From a virus (taxonomy: Duplodnaviria; Caudoviricetes), in IMG/VR virus record IMGVR_UViG_3300035491_000325, positions 1 to 40,797 of that record: 40,797 bases of DNA, one strand, 5' to 3'. The translations under genes were made by a program, and so were the position numbers. The notes under the pieces were generated by a model. That model had not been told where the DNA came from. It did not search any database and saw only the letters and a program-made list of their open reading frames with translations. Below, piece by piece: positions 32,601 through 40,797 of the stretch. Each line of letters opens with the position of its first letter. The stretch's first letter is position 1.

Positions 32601-33070
32601 CGGCTGGTGCCAGCACCTATACCGGCGCCTTCGGCTTCGCCGAGGGTGGCCAGGTGCGCGGCCCTGGCACCCCGACCAGCGACAGCATCCCTATTTGGGT
32701 CAGTGACACCGAGTACATCACCCGAGGCGCTGTTGTACAGCAGCCAGGTGCGAAGGCGTTTCTGGATGCATTCAACGCCCACGGTATGGCCGCACTCGAT
32801 GACTACGCCATGCGCCGCTGGGCTCACCAGGCGACCGGCGGCCTTGCCGGCGTGCCGGCACCCGCGATGCCCAGCCCCGGCTTGGGCACCTCGCGCCTGG
32901 CCGAGCCGGCCAAGGGCGGCAGCACCACCATCAAGAACGGCGTGAACCTGTACGCCGTGCAGCGCCCAGAGGATGTGGCTGCCATGGCCTGGGGCGACGC
33001 TGGGAAGCAGCACTTCATGGTGCTGCTGCAGCAGGAAGGCGCTTCGATTAAGCAGGTTCTGGGGATCTAA
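29612..33070 (+). CDS. Tail tape measure protein
   Basis: 1152 aa, Ala/Gln-rich; LPMQITDITTSLASG..QQGGQIKDSFGG lambda-type TMP motif; C-terminal FAEGGQVRGPGTPTSDSI. Confidence 0.95.
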   Translation: MANKELEFALRLKADLEQGQQQLQALADSVENVGAAAATSSTQLGQIGESADQQTARIRAMVDASLQQQAAADALANSVERGNSIAQEANSTWQQTAAAQTEAMNAYHNAERATEQKAQADLKAAEAAAAAAASAEKEGAELQQLLGKIDPVIRKLDELDNMEQQLRRARASGQIDLDTFDTYNAKLQEQRQRLGGTTDAMRVAGITAGQYQQAMRQLPMQITDITTSLASGMPIWLVAVQQGGQIKDSFGGWANAGRALVSTINPLTLAIASVTAAIGATVIAAVQGAAETYEYEKAIALTGNSAGVSADRLAQMAQQIDTVSGTQRQAAAALAEVTAAGKFTADQIQLIATTAVVMENSIGRAVSATVDEFKKLAEEPAEASAKLNEQYNYLTLAVYEQIAALEAQGDQAGAAQLAMEALAAAMQSRSAEISGNLGLVESAWQAVKNVAAEAWDAMLDIGRADTLEQKLANIAKQRQTAMYGARGDRVATGIDPALEARLAAEEEGLREQIRLRDEQAKQEGEAAQANREAIAAAQERTKAADAFVKSAESQLQSLQNLSSVERAQRLMTEQNIDATSELGKRMLAAAQATDTQRAANEAEAEAKRQATEAQRKATAAQREQERAAEAALKATQKSIEQQLSYVQGLEDQAAKLGLTSAEVRQYELAEKGLTGAMLERANAAVALINASEAQRQADANARTNAGLEADFLRASGRETDAALLEIRTKFAAQRTELEKAGNEAGLAWLDKLIPVAEAKVRVDDVQREMDRILAEQQRQEQSVNVQQDAGLITELQARERILEIHRQTYAQLEQMRPLLAELAQQPGAVGEAASQALYALDEQAQRLMATTTLLQETLRDGLTSGLTEALTGLANGTLTLREAVTALGQSVLDAFTRMAAENVAQSLTSSVMGLFGGGGNDAAGMTAGAAAVTSSAGALSAAGATLVTGASAIQVAAQALAAANGGSAAAGATSTAGGSGGWLSAIAGMFGGGSGAAAGASTYTGAFGFAEGGQVRGPGTPTSDSIPIWVSDTEYITRGAVVQQPGAKAFLDAFNAHGMAALDDYAMRRWAHQATGGLAGVPAPAMPSPGLGTSRLAEPAKGGSTTIKNGVNLYAVQRPEDVAAMAWGDAGKQHFMVLLQQEGASIKQVLGI

Positions 33071-33366
33071 CTCTCATGCAGCTTTGCACGAGCCAGCAGG
33101 CCGATTATCACGCATCCGGCATGGCCAAGACGTTCCATGTAGATCTTCTGTGCCGAGGCGAAGTAGGGAATGGCATCTGCCGGCATCTCCACTTGGATGC
33201 CGTCATCGTTCAGCAGCCGGTCGTAGATGGGCCTGAACTCAGCTGCCACCTCGCGTGCTTGTTCCTCGGTAAGCCCTGCTTCCGGGATCGTAAGGATGTC
33301 CAGGATGTATCTCTCAATCTGGTCGTAGTGGCTGGCTTTGAGCGGGAAATCGATCACGTCACCCAT
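33067..33366 (-). CDS. Opposite-strand accessory (moron-like) protein, 99 aa
   Basis: AAGGA precedes the ATG at 33366; MGDVIDFPLK start; fills the gap between TMP and the next tail gene. Confidence 0.7.
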   Translation of the reverse strand: MGDVIDFPLKASHYDQIERYILDILTIPEAGLTEEQAREVAAEFRPIYDRLLNDDGIQVEMPADAIPYFASAQKIYMERLGHAGCVIIGLLARAKLHES

Positions 33367-33400
33367 TTCAGTGCTTCCTTGTTGAGTAGGTAACACCTTT

Positions 33401-34237
33401 ATGCCTCACCAAATTGGCTACGTCGACAACACGGGCGGCCTGCTCGCCCACTACAAGATGCTGGAGACCATCCGCGACTTCGCATCCGCGAACGGCTGGA
33501 CCGTGCTGCGCTACGACACCGCCCCGGCCAACCGGGAGTTGATCCTCAAGGGCGTGGGCTACACAGGCGAAGAGGAGATCTTCGTGGGCTTCCGCACCTA
33601 CCAGGACGCCTCGGCCGACTATTACAACCTGCTGGCCGGTGTGTTCACCGGCTACGTCGCCGGCAACACCTTCGACACCCAACCTGGTGCCCGCCTGAGC
33701 GGTGTGCCGGCGCACAACAATCGCATCGACTACTGGCTGACACTCAACCCGCAGCGCATCGCTTTAGCGATGAAGGTGGGCACGCCGGTCTACGAGAGCT
33801 GCTACGTCGGCAAGTGCTTGCCCTATGGCCGGCCGAGCCAGTACCCGTATCCTGTTGTTTGTGCCGGGATGCTGAGTGGGGCTGCGGCAACGCGGTTCAG
33901 CGATACCAGCCACTCGATCCCCTACAAGGGCAACCGGGCGAACATGGCGCTGCGTAGCAATGATGGCTGGCTGCAGCCATACGCATACCCCTGGTCTAAC
34001 GCGGCTCTGACCGGTACGACGATCATCCGCGACACCGGCGAAATCTATCACCTGCTGCCAATCGAACTGCACGACAACACCGCGAATCTCTGGGGCGCCC
34101 TGGAAGGCATCTATCACATCAGCGGATTCAATAACGCCGTCGAGAACACCCTCGTGGTTGATGGTGCCGATTATGTCGTGATTCAGGACGTATCCCGGAC
34201 GGGTCACGCTGACTACTACGCTCTGAGGCTCGACTGA
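33401..34237 (+). CDS. Virion structural protein (distal tail region)
   Basis: 278 aa; PYGRPSQYPYP, GALEGIYHISGFNNAVEN; Pseudomonas transposable siphophage tail module. Confidence 0.8.
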   Translation: MPHQIGYVDNTGGLLAHYKMLETIRDFASANGWTVLRYDTAPANRELILKGVGYTGEEEIFVGFRTYQDASADYYNLLAGVFTGYVAGNTFDTQPGARLSGVPAHNNRIDYWLTLNPQRIALAMKVGTPVYESCYVGKCLPYGRPSQYPYPVVCAGMLSGAAATRFSDTSHSIPYKGNRANMALRSNDGWLQPYAYPWSNAALTGTTIIRDTGEIYHLLPIELHDNTANLWGALEGIYHISGFNNAVENTLVVDGADYVVIQDVSRTGHADYYALRLD

Positions 34238-35199
34238 TGGCATATTTGAACGGCACTGCAACTACCATCGCAGCGTTACGCACTGCTCTGATCGATGCCT
34301 GTACTGCGGCTGGGTGGACTTGGAACGCTGGAACCGAGGTTCTAAGCAAGGGCCTGCTGTTCGCGCAATTGACGGTCTCAGCGACCAATCTGCATCTAGT
34401 CGGCAGAACGGCAGCCGGTACCGGCGACGCTCCTAACCGCGTCAGCGTTGGGCGACTCTGCGCGACAGCAGGGTATCCAACGTTCGATTTCGTTTTCCCG
34501 ATCCAGTACCACATTTTCACATTTGACGATCCTGACGAGGTGTACCTGGTCGTCAACTACAGCATCGATACATACCAGTTTTTGGCGTTCGGCCAATCCG
34601 GCGTTGCGGGTTTGACCGGCACGGGCATGTGGATAGCCGGCACTTTAGGCGGTGATTTAGCCACTCCATCTACCAGCGCCGGGGGTACAGGCGTTGCGTT
34701 CATTGGCCCTGGTTTTGGCGGCAACGGGAACGTAAATAACGACTATGTCAGCCCCGCATGGGGTTGCTGTACCCGTTCAATACTGACTGGCCGCACAACG
34801 TTCAGGAACCTGTTCGTGCATAGCGGTCTGGACGCGCAGCCATGGCATCTCGCCCAAGCGCTGACCGATGCCCATCTCGGCGTTACATCGTTCACTGAAC
34901 TGCTGGTAACTCAGCCCTCCGCGTGGAACAGCGAGTCGGCGCTCATTCCGATGCGGGCGTACAAGGTTCGAGCTGCCAATCGCGTGTCACTGGTCGCAGA
35001 CCTCGCCCATGCGCGGCATGTGCGCATCGATAACTACGAGCCAGGCCAGGTTATTGAGATCGGCCCAGACCGTTGGAAGTGCTTCCCGTGGCTACGCAAA
35101 GATGGCAGTGCTCGCGATGGTGCAGCCGGCACTTCGTTCACAGCGTCTATTAATCACAGCGGCACATTCGGCTGGGCTATCCGCTACGAGGGGCCGTGA
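34237..35199 (+). CDS. Virion structural protein
   Basis: TGATG coupling; RIDNYEPGQVIEIGPDRWKCFPW, HSGTFGWAIRYEGP. Confidence 0.8.
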   Translation: MAYLNGTATTIAALRTALIDACTAAGWTWNAGTEVLSKGLLFAQLTVSATNLHLVGRTAAGTGDAPNRVSVGRLCATAGYPTFDFVFPIQYHIFTFDDPDEVYLVVNYSIDTYQFLAFGQSGVAGLTGTGMWIAGTLGGDLATPSTSAGGTGVAFIGPGFGGNGNVNNDYVSPAWGCCTRSILTGRTTFRNLFVHSGLDAQPWHLAQALTDAHLGVTSFTELLVTQPSAWNSESALIPMRAYKVRAANRVSLVADLAHARHVRIDNYEPGQVIEIGPDRWKCFPWLRKDGSARDGAAGTSFTASINHSGTFGWAIRYEGP

Positions 35200-36902
35200 T
35201 GGCAGTTATCAATGCACGCTCTGTACATGTGACCGAGGGTGGCTTCACCTCGCCGCTGTGGGCTGCGGATCTTTACCGCCGAGCATTTGTCGCCGTTCCT
35301 GCGTCGGCTGTTATGCAGAGCTTGGCTGGTAGCGCAACGCTGAGCACTGCCTGGCCTGTCGAGGCGGTCAGCCGTGAGATTGGCGGTGCGGCTGCTGGCG
35401 CGTTCGTGGACGATTACTACAACCGTATCCATATCAATCCCCAGCGTTTCGACCTGGGCAACGTCGTTTCTGCTCAGAATTTCCCAGTAAGCCTGTGGAA
35501 CGCATTTCTGGAGCCGCGCACGCTCAATGCTATCGAGGGCCTCGACGAAGGCATCGAAATCAGTGGCCAACCCGATGCGCCGCTGCTGTTCCCAGCGCTG
35601 AAAGAGCGTATATGGCAGGTCACTGTCACCCCAGATGGTCAGCCGGTGCTGGATGCCACCCTTGAGTGGCAGTTCGAGGGCGATATCACTGCAGCGCTGC
35701 GTATCACCGCCAACCGCATCATCGCCTGGACATTCGTGCCGGACTGGGGCGATGGCATCGAAGAAACTCTCACAGCCTCGACCGATATCCTGCAGAGCGA
35801 GTCGGCCGTCAGCCAGCGCCGCCAGCTGCGTTTGGCGCCTCGCCGCGAGTTCAGCGGCTCGATGTACGTGGAAGGCCGTGAGCGGCAGTACCTGGATCTG
35901 GCGCTGTTTGGCTGGAGCGATCGCATTTGGTCGCTGCCGATCTGGCCGGACATCCAGCTGCTGGAAGTGGCCGTGGACGTCGGCGCCGAGTTCATCCAGT
36001 GCGCCACTGCCTTCCTGGATTTTCGAGATGGTGGGCTCGCCATGCTGCGCGGTGAGGATGCATTCACGTCGGAGACCGTCGAGATCCTCGAGGTACTTCC
36101 TACCGGCCTGCAGCTCAAGCGTGGCACTCAGCAGGCCTGGCCAGTTGGCTCGCGGCTGTACCCTGTACGCACCGCGCAGCTGCAGTCCGAACCCGAGCTG
36201 ACCAAGCTCACGGATCGGCTGATCGAGGCTGACGTGCAGTTCCTGGTTGTCGAGGAATGCGAATGGCCGGAATGGCTGCCGAGCACCCTATATAGAGGAA
36301 GGCCAGTCTGGGATCGTCGCCCGGACGATAGCGAGAACCTGACCCACTCAGCCCAACGCCTGCGCTCAACACTCGATAGCGGCATGGCCATCCCGCTGAT
36401 CACCGATACCGCCCAGCGCGCCCTGCAGATGCTTGGGCAGCGGCACCTGGATCTGGGGCGCGAAGCGCGCGCACTGGTGCGCTCGTTCATCTACGGCATG
36501 CGCGGCCGGCAAAAAGTCGTCTGGGTGCCCAGCCATATGGATGACCTCACCCTTGTGGCCACTGCCTCGGCGGTGGCCACCACCATCGACATCGAGAACA
36601 TCGGCTACACACGGTTCAGCAACGGCAAGCCTGGGCGTCGCGATATCCGCATCGAGCTGTGGAATGGCACGGTGCTGATGCGCCGCATCACCGGCGCCAT
36701 CGAGCTAGATGGCCAAACCGAGCGCCTGGCCCTCGATGCCGCGCTTGGCATCGAGATCCAGCCGGGCGACGTGGCACGCATCAGTTGGATGAACCTGTGC
36801 AGGTTCGAGGCGGACGCGCAGCGCATCGAGCATATGACCGATAGCGAAGGCGTTGCCGCATGGTCACCGGTATTCAAAGAGGAGCGCGACGATGAGTTTT
36901 AA
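35199..36902 (+). CDS. Virion structural protein (tail tip / baseplate hub region)
   Basis: About 567 aa; DYYNRIHI, PDWGDGIEE, QRRQLRLAPRR. Confidence 0.8.
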   Translation: MAVINARSVHVTEGGFTSPLWAADLYRRAFVAVPASAVMQSLAGSATLSTAWPVEAVSREIGGAAAGAFVDDYYNRIHINPQRFDLGNVVSAQNFPVSLWNAFLEPRTLNAIEGLDEGIEISGQPDAPLLFPALKERIWQVTVTPDGQPVLDATLEWQFEGDITAALRITANRIIAWTFVPDWGDGIEETLTASTDILQSESAVSQRRQLRLAPRREFSGSMYVEGRERQYLDLALFGWSDRIWSLPIWPDIQLLEVAVDVGAEFIQCATAFLDFRDGGLAMLRGEDAFTSETVEILEVLPTGLQLKRGTQQAWPVGSRLYPVRTAQLQSEPELTKLTDRLIEADVQFLVVEECEWPEWLPSTLYRGRPVWDRRPDDSENLTHSAQRLRSTLDSGMAIPLITDTAQRALQMLGQRHLDLGREARALVRSFIYGMRGRQKVVWVPSHMDDLTLVATASAVATTIDIENIGYTRFSNGKPGRRDIRIELWNGTVLMRRITGAIELDGQTERLALDAALGIEIQPGDVARISWMNLCRFEADAQRIEHMTDSEGVAAWSPVFKEERDDEF

Positions 36903-37713
36903 CAGCCGCGAGACCTCGCTGGATGCCGGCACGCCAATCCGCCTCTACGAGTTCCGCCGTGGTGTGATGCGCTGGCTGTACAACACCAGCGGCCGGGATA
37001 TCACGTTCGGTACTCAGATATACCGCACGGTTCGCGGTGGCCTCTCCGACAACGGCATCCGCCAGAGCGGCGTTGCCAAGCAGGACAGTTTGATCATCAC
37101 CGCGCCGGCCGACATTGAGGTCGCGCAGCCGTTTCGCAACAGCCAGCCCAGCGCGTCGATTGGGCTGATCATTTATGACATGCACTACGGCGAGAGCGAT
37201 CGCAAATGGCGTTACACCGGCAACATCGCCAATGTGAGCTGGCCCAAGCTGGATACCTGCTCGATCACCTGCCAGGACATCGATGCCGAAATGAGCAGGC
37301 CAGGGCTCGTGGACACGCATAGCCGCACCTGCACCACGATTCTCGGCTCGCCCTGGTGCAAGGTCGACCTCAACCCGCTGCGCGTGGATACCGTCATCCA
37401 GTCGCTCACCGGCTCTGCGATCAGCAGCGGTGCCGTAGCGGCGTACCCGGACGGCTGGTTTACCGCCGGCTGGGTCGAGTGGTCGATCGGCTCTGGCGAA
37501 TATGACCGGCGCACCATTGAGCAACACACCGGCAGCGAGCTGGTGCTGATGGGTGGCACATTGGCGCTCGTCGGTGGGCAGTCGATTCGTGTGTATCCAG
37601 GGTGCGATTTCACGGCCAGTACGTGCCGCGACAAGTTCGGCAATCTGGCGAATTTCCGGGGCCAACCGCAGATGGATGGCAAATCTCCGTTCGACGGCGA
37701 GCAGGTGTTCTGA
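36892..37713 (+). CDS. DUF2163 / BR0599-family tail protein with Cys cluster
   Basis: RTCTTILGSPWCKVD and YPGCDFTASTCRDKFGNLANFRG; AGAGGAG RBS. Confidence 0.85.
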   Translation: MSFNSRETSLDAGTPIRLYEFRRGVMRWLYNTSGRDITFGTQIYRTVRGGLSDNGIRQSGVAKQDSLIITAPADIEVAQPFRNSQPSASIGLIIYDMHYGESDRKWRYTGNIANVSWPKLDTCSITCQDIDAEMSRPGLVDTHSRTCTTILGSPWCKVDLNPLRVDTVIQSLTGSAISSGAVAAYPDGWFTAGWVEWSIGSGEYDRRTIEQHTGSELVLMGGTLALVGGQSIRVYPGCDFTASTCRDKFGNLANFRGQPQMDGKSPFDGEQVF

Positions 37714-37722
37714 GGAGCGAAT

Positions 37723-37962
37723 ATGGATCCGATTACGATCAACCTGATCATCTTGGCGGCCTCTTATCTACTACAGAGTGCCTTGGCGCCTAAACCAACA
37801 AAGCCGAAAGCCGCCTCGTTTGAGGACTTCGATTTTCCGCGCTGCGACGAAGGCACCGAGAAAGAATGGATTTTTGGGCAAGTGTGGACGAAGGACTGGA
37901 TGGTGCTCTCCGTGCGCAATCAGCGCACCAGGGCGATCAAGTCGGAGGGTGGCAAGAAGTGA
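37723..37962 (+). CDS. Small tail assembly protein
   Basis: GAGGAG RBS; DFDFPRCDEG..IFG motif. Confidence 0.8.
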   Translation: MDPITINLIILAASYLLQSALAPKPTKPKAASFEDFDFPRCDEGTEKEWIFGQVWTKDWMVLSVRNQRTRAIKSEGGKK

Positions 37963-38201
37963 GTAAGCCGTTGATCGTCACCATCGAGCACCTGCATACC
38001 GTCCCCACCTGGACGGGGCGCACAGGTTTTTGCGCGCGGCAGTCGCGTGCGTTCTTCGCCGAACACGGGCTGGACTGGCTGGCCTTCGTGCGTGAGGGCA
38101 TCGCGGCTGATGTGTTGCTGGCTACTGACAACGCGCTGGCCGCTCACCTGGTCGAGCATGCGCGGGTCGTAGAGGAGGCCGCCAATGGGCAGCAGCAATA
38201 A
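37959..38201 (+). CDS. Small tail assembly protein
   Basis: GTGA overlap; FCARQSRAFFAEHGLDWLAFVREGI motif. Confidence 0.8.
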   Translation: MSKPLIVTIEHLHTVPTWTGRTGFCARQSRAFFAEHGLDWLAFVREGIAADVLLATDNALAAHLVEHARVVEEAANGQQQ

Positions 38202-40797
38202 GGCGCAAACAGTTGGTTATCGGTATTCGTTTGATATCCACGGCGCCGTCGGCAAGGCGATCGACGGCCTGTTGAAGATCCGCGCTAGCGGTAAGACAGC
38301 ATGGTCTGGCAATGCCACCACGACGCAGAGCTTCACGATTAACGCGGCCAATCTATTCGGGGGTGACTCGGGTGAAGGCGGTATCCAGGGCCGGTTCGAT
38401 CTGATGATGGGCGATGAAGATCAGGCGCAGAACCCGCGCCTGGCCGCTGCCCTAGGCGGCAGCCTGGTGCCTAATTTCCGTGGCTTTGCCGGCTTCTTCT
38501 ACAGCGGGCTGGTGACCTCGATCAACCCGTACCCGAAAACCTGGGAGATGTTGCGCTATCGCCGGCTCAAGGGCTGGGATGGTGAGGTGTGGTACCCGGA
38601 GACCTGCGCCATCGACCTGGCCAGCGGCGATGTCCGGGCGATGAACCCGGCCCACATCCTCTATGAGGTCTACACAAACCGCGAGAATGGCCTCGGCATC
38701 GATCGCTCTATGCTCGATGACGATGCCTTTCGAGCGGCGGCGCTGCAGCTGTACAACGAGGGTTTTGGCCTGTGCCTGGGCTGGAAGCGCAGCAGCGGCA
38801 CGCTCGGCGATTTTCGTGACCAGATCTGCGATCACATCGCCGCGTACTGTGGCCCCGACCGCAACACTGGGCTGATCACGCTGAAGCTGATCCGCGACGA
38901 CTACGACGTCGAGGATCTGCCGCTGTTCGATGAGGACAGTGGGCTGCTGAGCATCGAGAGCGATGAGACCAGCAGCGCGACGCTGGCACCGAGTCAGCTC
39001 TACGTAGAGTTCACTGATGCCATCACGGGTAAAACGCGCCGCGCGCGCGCCGTGAACCCGGCGATTGCCCAGGTACAGGGCGGGCCATCCACTGAAACGG
39101 TTTCGTTCCCTGGCCTGCCGGTCGGCGAGTTGGCTGCCCGTGTTGCGCAGCGTGAGATGCGTATCAAGGCCAGCAACTTGCGCCGTTACAAGGTGAAGCT
39201 GGACAGGCGCGCAGCTGGCATCGGCCCTGCTGATCCATTTCGCATCCGCTCGCTGGCCCGTGGCATTGAGGAAGTTGTGGTGCGTGCAGGGAAGATCGAG
39301 GACGGCACCCTGGATAATGGCGTCATCACTATTACGGCCGTGCAGGATGTATTCGGGCTGCCGGCGACGTCGTTCATCGTTGTTCCCCCGAGCGGCTATG
39401 TGCCGCCTGATCGGACGCCCTATGCCCCGTCCCTTCGGCGTGTGATTGAAGTACCGTATCGTGAAATCGCCGGGCAGATCGACGCGGCCAATCTGGCCCT
39501 GGTTGACGTCACTGCAGCGTGGTTCAGCACGCTGGCCGCCAGGCCGAGCAATCTCTCGCTGAGTTACACCCTGACGACTCGCCCCGGTACAAGCGGCTCA
39601 TTCACTGAACGCGGTACCGGCGACTGGTGCCCGACTGGGCTGCTGGTTGCGCTGATGCCGATCGAGGCCGGGCCCACGGTGGTGACGCTCACCAGCGGCA
39701 TTGACCTCGACGCCGTCAGCGTCGGCCAGGCGGCAGTGATCGACGACGAGATCGTGCGTGTCGACGCGATCGACCTCGATACTAATCAGTTCACCCTGGC
39801 GCGTGGCTGCGTTGATACCGTGCCGGCCCAACACGCCGCTGGTGCGCGCATCTGGTTCTACGATGGCTTTGAGGGCGTCGACGAAACCGAGTACACCAGC
39901 GGCGTTACCGTCCAGGCAAAGCTGTTGACGAATACGAGCGAAGGGCAGTTGGCCGAGGGATTAGCGGCGACTGATTCGTTGGCGTTGGTTGGGCGGCAAG
40001 GGCGGCCGTATCCGCCAGGTCGTTTACGCATTTCTGGTGCTGCATATCCGGCAGCGTTTAGCGGCGTTCTAGCGATCAGTTGGGCGCACAGAAGCAGGCC
40101 TCTACAGGCTGATCAATTGATCGATACGACCCAGGGTTCTATAGGCCCCGAGGCAGGAACAACATATAGCTGCCGGCTACTCAAGGCTGATGACGGTTTC
40201 GTGTTGGCATCGACGACCGGTATCACAGGCGATGGCGTGACCCTGAGTGCTGGTTATTCCGGCGATGTGATTCTGGAGGCATGGTCGTTGAGGGGGGGCA
40301 TTGAGTCGTTCCAGCGAGCACGGCACCGTTTTGTTTATACGGTTCCGCCGGCAGGATCCCATCAGTATTGGCGGCTGCTCTACAGCGCATTGTCTGGTTC
40401 TGACTCATTCGCAGCTATTTCGGAGTTTCAGTTGCGCACTGCGGTTGGCGGGGCATCTGTCGCGGTTGGTGGGGTGGCCTCTGCATCGAGCCAGTACTCG
40501 TCTAGTTTCTCTGCAAGCCAGGCCTTCGACGGGAGTATGTCTACATCTTGGTCGTCGGTGAGTGGTGATACGGTTGGTGCGTGGTTGGCATATAAGCTGA
40601 CAACTGCACTGGCTATCGTCGAGATTTCTTTGGGAGTGCAGAACACTAATAGCGGCGGCGTTCGGCCAGCGCAGATGCCTGGAGCATTCAGCATCCAATA
40701 CTCAGACGATGGCATTACCTGGGCGACGGCCCAAACGTTCACAGGACAAACAGGTTGGGTGCATGGCGAGGTAAGGACGTTCGCCCTGCCTACGTGA
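38185..40797 (+). CDS. Tail tip / central fibre protein with a C-terminal discoidin (F5/8 type C)-like domain
   Basis: TVGYRY, MNPAHILYE, LYNEGFGL and RGCVDTVP; C-terminal ASASSQY..AFDG..W..FSIQYSDDGITW; TGA at the window end. Confidence 0.85.
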   Translation: MGSSNKAQTVGYRYSFDIHGAVGKAIDGLLKIRASGKTAWSGNATTTQSFTINAANLFGGDSGEGGIQGRFDLMMGDEDQAQNPRLAAALGGSLVPNFRGFAGFFYSGLVTSINPYPKTWEMLRYRRLKGWDGEVWYPETCAIDLASGDVRAMNPAHILYEVYTNRENGLGIDRSMLDDDAFRAAALQLYNEGFGLCLGWKRSSGTLGDFRDQICDHIAAYCGPDRNTGLITLKLIRDDYDVEDLPLFDEDSGLLSIESDETSSATLAPSQLYVEFTDAITGKTRRARAVNPAIAQVQGGPSTETVSFPGLPVGELAARVAQREMRIKASNLRRYKVKLDRRAAGIGPADPFRIRSLARGIEEVVVRAGKIEDGTLDNGVITITAVQDVFGLPATSFIVVPPSGYVPPDRTPYAPSLRRVIEVPYREIAGQIDAANLALVDVTAAWFSTLAARPSNLSLSYTLTTRPGTSGSFTERGTGDWCPTGLLVALMPIEAGPTVVTLTSGIDLDAVSVGQAAVIDDEIVRVDAIDLDTNQFTLARGCVDTVPAQHAAGARIWFYDGFEGVDETEYTSGVTVQAKLLTNTSEGQLAEGLAATDSLALVGRQGRPYPPGRLRISGAAYPAAFSGVLAISWAHRSRPLQADQLIDTTQGSIGPEAGTTYSCRLLKADDGFVLASTTGITGDGVTLSAGYSGDVILEAWSLRGGIESFQRARHRFVYTVPPAGSHQYWRLLYSALSGSDSFAAISEFQLRTAVGGASVAVGGVASASSQYSSSFSASQAFDGSMSTSWSSVSGDTVGAWLAYKLTTALAIVEISLGVQNTNSGGVRPAQMPGAFSIQYSDDGITWATAQTFTGQTGWVHGEVRTFALPT

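Larger units (their letters stand above)
795..40797. mobile_element. Mu-like (B3-type) transposable prophage, siphovirus-type tail; right end lies outside the window
   Basis: Mor, GemA, DDE transposase plus ATPase, Mu-type terminase, portal, gpF, gpG, protease and gpT capsid genes. The transposition arm runs leftward from a central repressor switch, as in B3. The left boundary is inferred. Confidence 0.95.

Noticed and set aside
1-40797. CRISPR array, tRNA, rRNA, reverse transcriptase/DGR or invertase cassette
   Set aside because: I saw no regularly spaced repeats, cloverleaf, RT motifs or recombinase in the window; anything beyond the tail-tip gene is not visible.

Overview
Almost the whole window (about 795-40797) is a transposable, Mu-like prophage of the Pseudomonas B3 type. 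About 0.8 kb of probable host DNA on the left carries two inverted copies of a structured intergenic repeat. The prophage has a leftward early/middle arm (ner-like gene, DUF3102, DDE transposase, AAA transposition ATPase, DUF3164, DUF2786, GemA, Mor) and a divergent repressor followed by a low-GC accessory cluster of envelope proteins. Rightward lysis, packaging, head and non-contractile tail genes follow, and the window ends at the stop codon of the tail-tip gene, so the right prophage end is not visible. The main finding is that the portal gene carries an in-frame, low-GC insertion of about 600 bp. It adds a YNPSQPRVPAGHPDGGQW linker and an AcrIF11-like ADP-ribosyltransferase (anti-CRISPR) domain, suggesting a virion-delivered anti-defence enzyme. 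Removing the insert by hand restores both a normal portal stop codon and a Shine-Dalgarno-led start for the next gene. A second notable feature is a 17-residue motif (IQVxGSxxRVAGRDYxE) shared by the repressor C-terminus and the N-terminus of the adjacent membrane protein; it is conserved in protein but not in codon sequence. Other candidates are a SutA-like RNA polymerase-binding protein, a structured ncRNA before the tape-measure gene, Rsm/CsrA-type sites in the holin leader, three late-promoter boxes and repressor operators. All family assignments come from recalled motifs and gene order; no database searches were run.
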